Origin: an uncultured Aquimarina sp.
GTDB lineage: Bacteria > Bacteroidota > Bacteroidia > Flavobacteriales > Flavobacteriaceae
Reading direction: 5' to 3'
Length of the DNA: 64,000 nt
NCBI RefSeq assembly: GCF_947496855.1
Contig: NZ_CANMED010000008.1
Span: 76,509-140,508 of the forward strand
In this document: piece after piece, positions 59,153 through 64,000 of the stretch
How the letters are laid out: each line of letters starts with the position of its first letter
How positions within the stretch are numbered: position 1 is the first letter of the stretch
Notes under the pieces: model-generated
Told to the model about the DNA's origin: nothing
What the model saw: the letters and a program-made list of their open reading frames with translations, nothing else
Database searches by the model: none
Program-made: the position numbers and the translations under genes

Positions 59153-59482
59153 TTAGCTTAAAGAGCTTCCTATCCTTCTAAGCAATCCAATTTCAATATA
59201 TTCATCTATTTTATCAGCTTTTTCAATTCTGCTCGTATCAATAGGAATCCATCCATCAATCTTGATCATATCATTAGGGTTACTACTAAAAAACATCTCA
59301 TATTCATAACCTTCAAAACCATTTACCATACCATAAGCATCCGGACTATTTTTAACTTTATTAGTAATCCGCTTTTTTACAATTTCTATTTTGGATGAAA
59401 AATCCAGATTTCCCGTATCCCTATGCACCTCAACATCCAAAAATTCCGTAATTGACACCATTATCAACTCTTCTATATTCAT
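59153..59482 (-). CDS. Small acidic protein of unknown function, paralog A
   Basis: 109 aa. It is a tandem duplicate of the gene above, separated from it by a 92-nt spacer. Confidence 0.6.
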   Translation of the reverse strand: MNIEELIMVSITEFLDVEVHRDTGNLDFSSKIEIVKKRITNKVKNSPDAYGMVNGFEGYEYEMFFSSNPNDMIKIDGWIPIDTSRIEKADKIDEYIEIGLLRRIGSSLS

Positions 59483-59862
59483 ACTCCTTTTTTTAATTCT
59501 TCACAAACAACTATCCCCTGTTTTTTTAGGGTTATTTCAATAAAAAAAATAATAAAATTAAAAATAACCCTATAAATATTATACAAATCTATACATAAAA
59601 CATATAAAAATACAAATGACCCCTAAAAAATTAGGGGTTAAATACAAATTATTGCGTTTTAATAAAAAATATTTAAATAAATTACTTTTTCTGCAATTTG
59701 AATTAGTGAAATTTTGAGATTTAGTAAGCTTGGTAGTCAGAATATCATCTTATTTAAGCATTACTATCATAAACTTGAAAATAAAAACACCTTATATCGT
59801 CATTTATACCTAAACAACAATATAAGGTGTAATAAGAATTGAATATTTTTCTTTAAAAAACC

Positions 59863-60687
59863 CTAATGTTCCAGAAAATTTATCAAATGTTCCCTGTATT
59901 TATAATAGTCAGGATGTTCTAAAACATCTTTTCTTAAACGAGGGCGTTCAAAATCAATTTCCAATATATCTCCGACTTTAGCTCTCGGACCACTGGTCAT
60001 CATTATTACTCGATCTGCTAAAAAAATAGACTCATCAACATCATGAGTAATCATAATAGCAGTAATTTTTTCTTGATTCCAAACCTCTATCAACACATCT
60101 TGCAATTCTCCCCTGGTAAGAGAATCTAACATCCCAAACGGCTCATCTAACAATAAGACCTTAGGCTTTAATGCAAATGCCCGAGCAATTCCAACACGTT
60201 GCTGCATTCCTTGAGATAGTTCTTTTGCCTTCTTATACATAGCATCTTCCAAACCTACTTTTGATAGATAATATTTTACAATATCATCTCTATCTTTTTT
60301 TGTTCCGTGTCCAAATACTTGTTTAACACCCAGCATCACATTATCATATGCAGTCATCCAAGGTAACAAACTAGGCGACTGAAATATAACTCCTCTATCA
60401 GGCCCAGGGCCTTTGATTGTTTGATTATTAGCTACAATTGTTCCTCTAGAAATAGGATTAAGTCCAGCGATCATAGTAAGTAATGTAGATTTACCACAAC
60501 CAGAGTGGCCAATAATAGAGATAAACTCTTCATGTTTTACTTTTAAATCAAGATCATCTAAAACTACATAATCCCCTTTAGGAGTTGGATATATTTTAGT
60601 CAACTGAGAAATATCCAGCATATATTTATCCTCAAACAATCCATTATCCGATCTTCTTACCTCTTCTAATTCTTTTAATCCTTCCAT
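59863..60687 (-). CDS. Nitrate/nitrite-type ABC transporter ATP-binding protein
   Basis: It has Walker [10 protein letters not shown], signature LSQGMQQR and Walker B LLLDEP. It lies in an nrt-like operon. Confidence 0.85.
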   Translation of the reverse strand: MEGLKELEEVRRSDNGLFEDKYMLDISQLTKIYPTPKGDYVVLDDLDLKVKHEEFISIIGHSGCGKSTLLTMIAGLNPISRGTIVANNQTIKGPGPDRGVIFQSPSLLPWMTAYDNVMLGVKQVFGHGTKKDRDDIVKYYLSKVGLEDAMYKKAKELSQGMQQRVGIARAFALKPKVLLLDEPFGMLDSLTRGELQDVLIEVWNQEKITAIMITHDVDESIFLADRVIMMTSGPRAKVGDILEIDFERPRLRKDVLEHPDYYKYREHLINFLEH

Positions 60688-60698
60688 TTTAGTCTATT

Positions 60699-61562
60699 TT
60701 AGTTAAAACTTATCCTTCTAAAAGGTGGTATTTTAACTATGGGTTTAATATCGGGTAACACGTGATTACTGTCTTTTTTAGAAGCTCTTTGTTCTCCTAT
60801 TTGAATAAGATATTCCATAATACCATTACGGAGTAGCTTATAATCCTCATTATGATTAAGCGCAGCTTTATCTCTGGGGCGCGCCAGATTAACTTTATAC
60901 TCAGGTCCAAGTGTAGCTTTAGGACCAGGTTTTAATGGTATAATCCGATCTGCCATTAAGATCCCTTCGTCTACATCATTAGTAATCAACAAAGCTGTTT
61001 TTTTATCCTTATTCCAAATATTGAGAATTTCTTGTTGTAAATTACCTCTAGTTAGTGCATCTAAAGCGCTTAAAGGCTCATCCATCAAAATCATATCCGG
61101 ACTCATAGACAATGCTCTCGTAACAGAAACTCTTTGTCTCATTCCTCCAGAAAGCTCTTTTGGTAATTTACCAATAGCAGGCGAAAGGTTCACCATCTCT
61201 ACATAATCCTCTACACGTTTATTTCTATCCTTTTTAGACATTTTTCTAAACGCCTCTTTCACTGCCATACCGACATTATTGCGAACATTTAACCAAGGTA
61301 GTAATGAATAATTCTGAAAAATAACTCCTCTTTCATGACTTGGTCCTGTTACCCGCTCTCCTTTAAATAAAACCTGACCTTCATCAGGCATTAACAAACC
61401 AGATATAAGATTTATCAAAGTAGTCTTCCCACTTCCAGTAAAACCAACAATAGCAACAAATTCCCCTTCTTCGATTTCTAAATTAATATTAGATAATACT
61501 TGTGTACGATCTTTTCCGGTTCCAAAAGATTTGGATACATTTCTTAATTCTATATATGCCAT
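60699..61562 (-). CDS. Nitrate/nitrite-type ABC transporter ATP-binding protein
   Basis: It has Walker [10 protein letters not shown], signature LSGGMRQR and Walker B ILMDEP. Confidence 0.85.
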   Translation of the reverse strand: MAYIELRNVSKSFGTGKDRTQVLSNINLEIEEGEFVAIVGFTGSGKTTLINLISGLLMPDEGQVLFKGERVTGPSHERGVIFQNYSLLPWLNVRNNVGMAVKEAFRKMSKKDRNKRVEDYVEMVNLSPAIGKLPKELSGGMRQRVSVTRALSMSPDMILMDEPLSALDALTRGNLQQEILNIWNKDKKTALLITNDVDEGILMADRIIPLKPGPKATLGPEYKVNLARPRDKAALNHNEDYKLLRNGIMEYLIQIGEQRASKKDSNHVLPDIKPIVKIPPFRRISFN

Positions 61563-61573
61563 AATCTTCTATT

Positions 61574-62710
61574 TTAAGTTGTTGCTTCTTCAGTAAACGT
61601 TACAAACTTTTGTACTGTAAACATTAATTTATCTAACAAAAAGCCAATACCCCCTATTACAAACATTGCTGCAATAATTTTTGCATTAGAATCATTTGCT
61701 CCGTTCTGGAATTCTTCCCAAACAAAAGTCCCTAACCCAGGGCTTTGCGATAACAATTCTATTGCGATAAGCACCATCCAAGCTACCGAAACTGTAATTC
61801 TTAATCCCGTAAAAATCAAAGGGAAAGATGATGGTAAAATAATTTTAAACACTTTCTGACCTACCCCAAGATTTAACACCTTTGCCACGTTAATATAGTC
61901 TTTATCAACTGTAGAAACACCTAAAGTAGTATTCACTAATGTTGCCCACATCGCACACAAACCAACAGCTATAAAAGAGATAATAAAAGAAACATCCCCA
62001 TCATATTCTAAAGTAAATGTTTTAACGATCATATATACTAGTAAAAACCACACTACTGGAGAAACCGGTTTAAAAATTTGGATTAACCAATTGAAAGAAG
62101 ATCGTAAAGTACTACTTAACCCCAATACAACACCTATCGGAACCGCTAAAAACAATGCTAGAAAAAACCCAGCAAAAACCGTTTTTAAACTAGTAAATAT
62201 CTGATCAACAAAAGATGGTCTTCCTGTATATTTTATTGGTTTTTTTTTCGCTGCTATTCCTTCTTTAATTTTATCAGCATTAACTCTATTAAATTCTAAA
62301 TTCTTTTCATTTAATGGTGCTACTTTGAGAGCAAAAGCTTCTTTTTTTAAATTGATTTCTTTGTGATCTGCTAATAATGTTTTAAAAGCCCCTAAAACAG
62401 CAACAGGAGATGGTAAAGAATTAATAGACGATTCTCCTGTTTCAATTCTTTCTAACTCGGTAGTTACCCCACTATTTCCAGATGCTATTCTCGCAGTTTC
62501 AATTTTAAAATCTTTTTCTACGTTATACAAATAACTAGATCCAGCATGCCATAGAATCAAAAACAACCCTACTGCCAAAACAGGCAGTAATACCTTTTTA
62601 AACAAAGCAATCAAATTCTTCTTTGTTTCCTCTCCAGCTGCTAACCTTATAGCCGGTTCAAAAAAACCTAATCCCACAAAATTGAGAATATGTATAGACC
62701 TATCTTTCAT
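61574..62710 (-). CDS. nrtB: Nitrate ABC transporter permease
   Basis: 378 aa. It has a C-terminal BPD-transporter core with multiple TM helices (LPSSFPLIFTGLRITVSVAWMVLIAIE) and lies between the binding-protein and ATPase genes. Confidence 0.8.
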   Translation of the reverse strand: MKDRSIHILNFVGLGFFEPAIRLAAGEETKKNLIALFKKVLLPVLAVGLFLILWHAGSSYLYNVEKDFKIETARIASGNSGVTTELERIETGESSINSLPSPVAVLGAFKTLLADHKEINLKKEAFALKVAPLNEKNLEFNRVNADKIKEGIAAKKKPIKYTGRPSFVDQIFTSLKTVFAGFFLALFLAVPIGVVLGLSSTLRSSFNWLIQIFKPVSPVVWFLLVYMIVKTFTLEYDGDVSFIISFIAVGLCAMWATLVNTTLGVSTVDKDYINVAKVLNLGVGQKVFKIILPSSFPLIFTGLRITVSVAWMVLIAIELLSQSPGLGTFVWEEFQNGANDSNAKIIAAMFVIGGIGFLLDKLMFTVQKFVTFTEEATT

Positions 62711-62838
62711 TTTATTTCTTTTAAAAACTTATCCGCTCCAGTCGTCATTTTAAAACATATTGCTTCTACACTAGAGACATTAGATTAATTTTGTTCATTA
62801 TTCACTTGAAGGGTAAACTAAAAGAGAATATTCTCTTT

Positions 62839-64000
62839 TTACTTCTCAATGCTTGAAACACCTTCTACATTCTCTTTATTCCCAATACCAAAACTGTTGA
62901 TATACCCTATCGGATCTTTAGCATCATATTTATTACCATCAATAAAATCAGTAGTAGCTGGTTTATAACCATCTGTCTCAGGTAATTCTGAAGCCTCAAG
63001 ATGACCTTCTTCCACTAACAAATTAGCTGCTTTTTTCCAAATATCAGGGCGATAGATATCTTTAATCGTTTTATCATACCACGCTGCAGGTTTACTATCT
63101 GGAATTTGTCCCCATCGTCTCATTTGAGTCAGAAACCATACACCATCAGAGTAAAAAGGATAGGTGGCATCATGCCTGTAGAACACATTAAAGTCAGGCA
63201 TTTCTCTTTTATCCCCTTTTTCGAACTCAAAAGTCCCTGTCATAGAATTAGCCAATACCACTTCATCCGCTCCAACATATTCTGGCATCGATAGTATTTT
63301 TACTGCTTCTGGGCGGTTACCAGGTGCATCCAACCATTTACCTGCTCTAATCAACGCTTTGGTTACAGCAGTAGCTGTATTTGGATATTGTTCTACAAAT
63401 TTCTTAGTCATCACAAAAACTTTCTCTGGATTATTTTTCCAGATATCATAATTCGTAACTACAGGAACACCTATTCCTTTAAAAACAGCTTGTTGGTTCC
63501 AAGGCTCACCTACACAGTATCCATAAATTGTACCTGATTCTAACGTTGCTGGCATTTGTGGTGGTGGAGTTACTGACAACAATACATCCGCATCAATTTG
63601 TCCCTGAATATTATTCTTAGAATACATACCTGGATTGATCCCTGCTGCAGCTAACCAATACCTTATTTCATAGTTATGTGTAGACACAGGAAATACCATA
63701 CCCATTTTGAAAGCTTTTCCATCATTTTTATAAGATTCTATAACTGGCTTCAATGCATCCGCAGAAATAGGATGGATTGGCTTTCCGTCTTCTCCTTTTG
63801 GAACGTTAGGCTTCATTTTAGACCAAACATCATTAGAAACGGTTATGCCATTACCATTCAAATCCATAGAAAAAGGAGTTACCAATTCTGCTTGTCTACC
63901 AAAACCAGCTCCAGCCGCAATAGGCTGTCCTGCTAACATATGAGAACCATCCAGCTGCCCATCAATAACACGATCTAATACATTTTTCCAATTTGACTGC
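62839..64000 (-). CDS. nrtA: Nitrate ABC transporter substrate-binding protein; N-terminal part beyond the window
   Basis: The track starts it at M (63939), but the frame stays open to nt 64000 (hand-read ...[34 protein letters not shown]). The LDG.HMLAGQP block is NrtA/CmpA-like. Confidence 0.8.
   Translation of the reverse strand, partial: QSNWKNVLDRVIDGQLDGSHMLAGQPIAAGAGFGRQAELVTPFSMDLNGNGITVSNDVWSKMKPNVPKGEDGKPIHPISADALKPVIESYKNDGKAFKMGMVFPVSTHNYEIRYWLAAAGINPGMYSKNNIQGQIDADVLLSVTPPPQMPATLESGTIYGYCVGEPWNQQAVFKGIGVPVVTNYDIWKNNPEKVFVMTKKFVEQYPNTATAVTKALIRAGKWLDAPGNRPEAVKILSMPEYVGADEVVLANSMTGTFEFEKGDKREMPDFNVFYRHDATYPFYSDGVWFLTQMRRWGQIPDSKPAAWYDKTIKDIYRPDIWKKAANLLVEEGHLEASELPETDGYKPATTDFIDGNKYDAKDPIGYINSFGIGNKENVEGVSSIEK

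Overview
This is an AT-rich window whose gene content looks like Bacteroidota, probably Flavobacteriia: a T9SS C-terminal sorting domain, many lipoproteins and DUF6443-type RHS. There are no rRNA or tRNA genes, no CRISPR array, and no recognisable transposase or integrase. (1) nt 1-13208, minus strand: one tightly packed operon for an extracellular contractile injection system (eCIS, Afp/PVC-like). Its order is DUF4255 cap, unknown 336-aa gene, sheath, two tube paralogs, a 55-aa ORF missing from the track, LysM tube-initiator, VgrG-like spike, PAAR, gp25, a Baseplate_J-like giant, a 34-codon basic ORF, and a second baseplate giant that runs off the left edge. (2) 13.6-28.3 kb is mostly housekeeping and exported proteins: a MORN/YwqK-like protein, an M16 peptidase, a 1256-aa BNR/T9SS protein flanked by a duplicated comM 3' end, comM, lysC and an M13 peptidase. 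(3) 28.6-31.9 kb holds an Xre-RES toxin-antitoxin pair directly after a polytopic patatin-like phospholipase. (4) 32.9-37.8 kb is a molybdenum cofactor cluster (moeA, ModE-like, mobA, moaD, moaE, moaC-mog, moaA). It is followed by a hybrid histidine kinase and two exported proteins. (5) 43.4-51.5 kb is a two-gene Tc-toxin-like module: an SpvB/TcB-like 1228-aa protein plus a DUF6443-RHS 1287-aa protein with a C-terminal M23 peptidase cargo. A lipoprotein that is a candidate immunity factor follows, then an anomalously GC-rich 350-nt non-coding element. (6) 51.8-53.2 kb is a cluster of hairpin repeats. (7) 53.3-64.0 kb is a nitrate assimilation cluster (nrtA, nrtB, two ATPases, two tandem unknown small paralogs, a NasA fused to an NAD(P)H/FAD module, and a NiR/SiR-like rubredoxin fusion). 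All calls rest on motifs read in the translations and on gene order; no database search was run.
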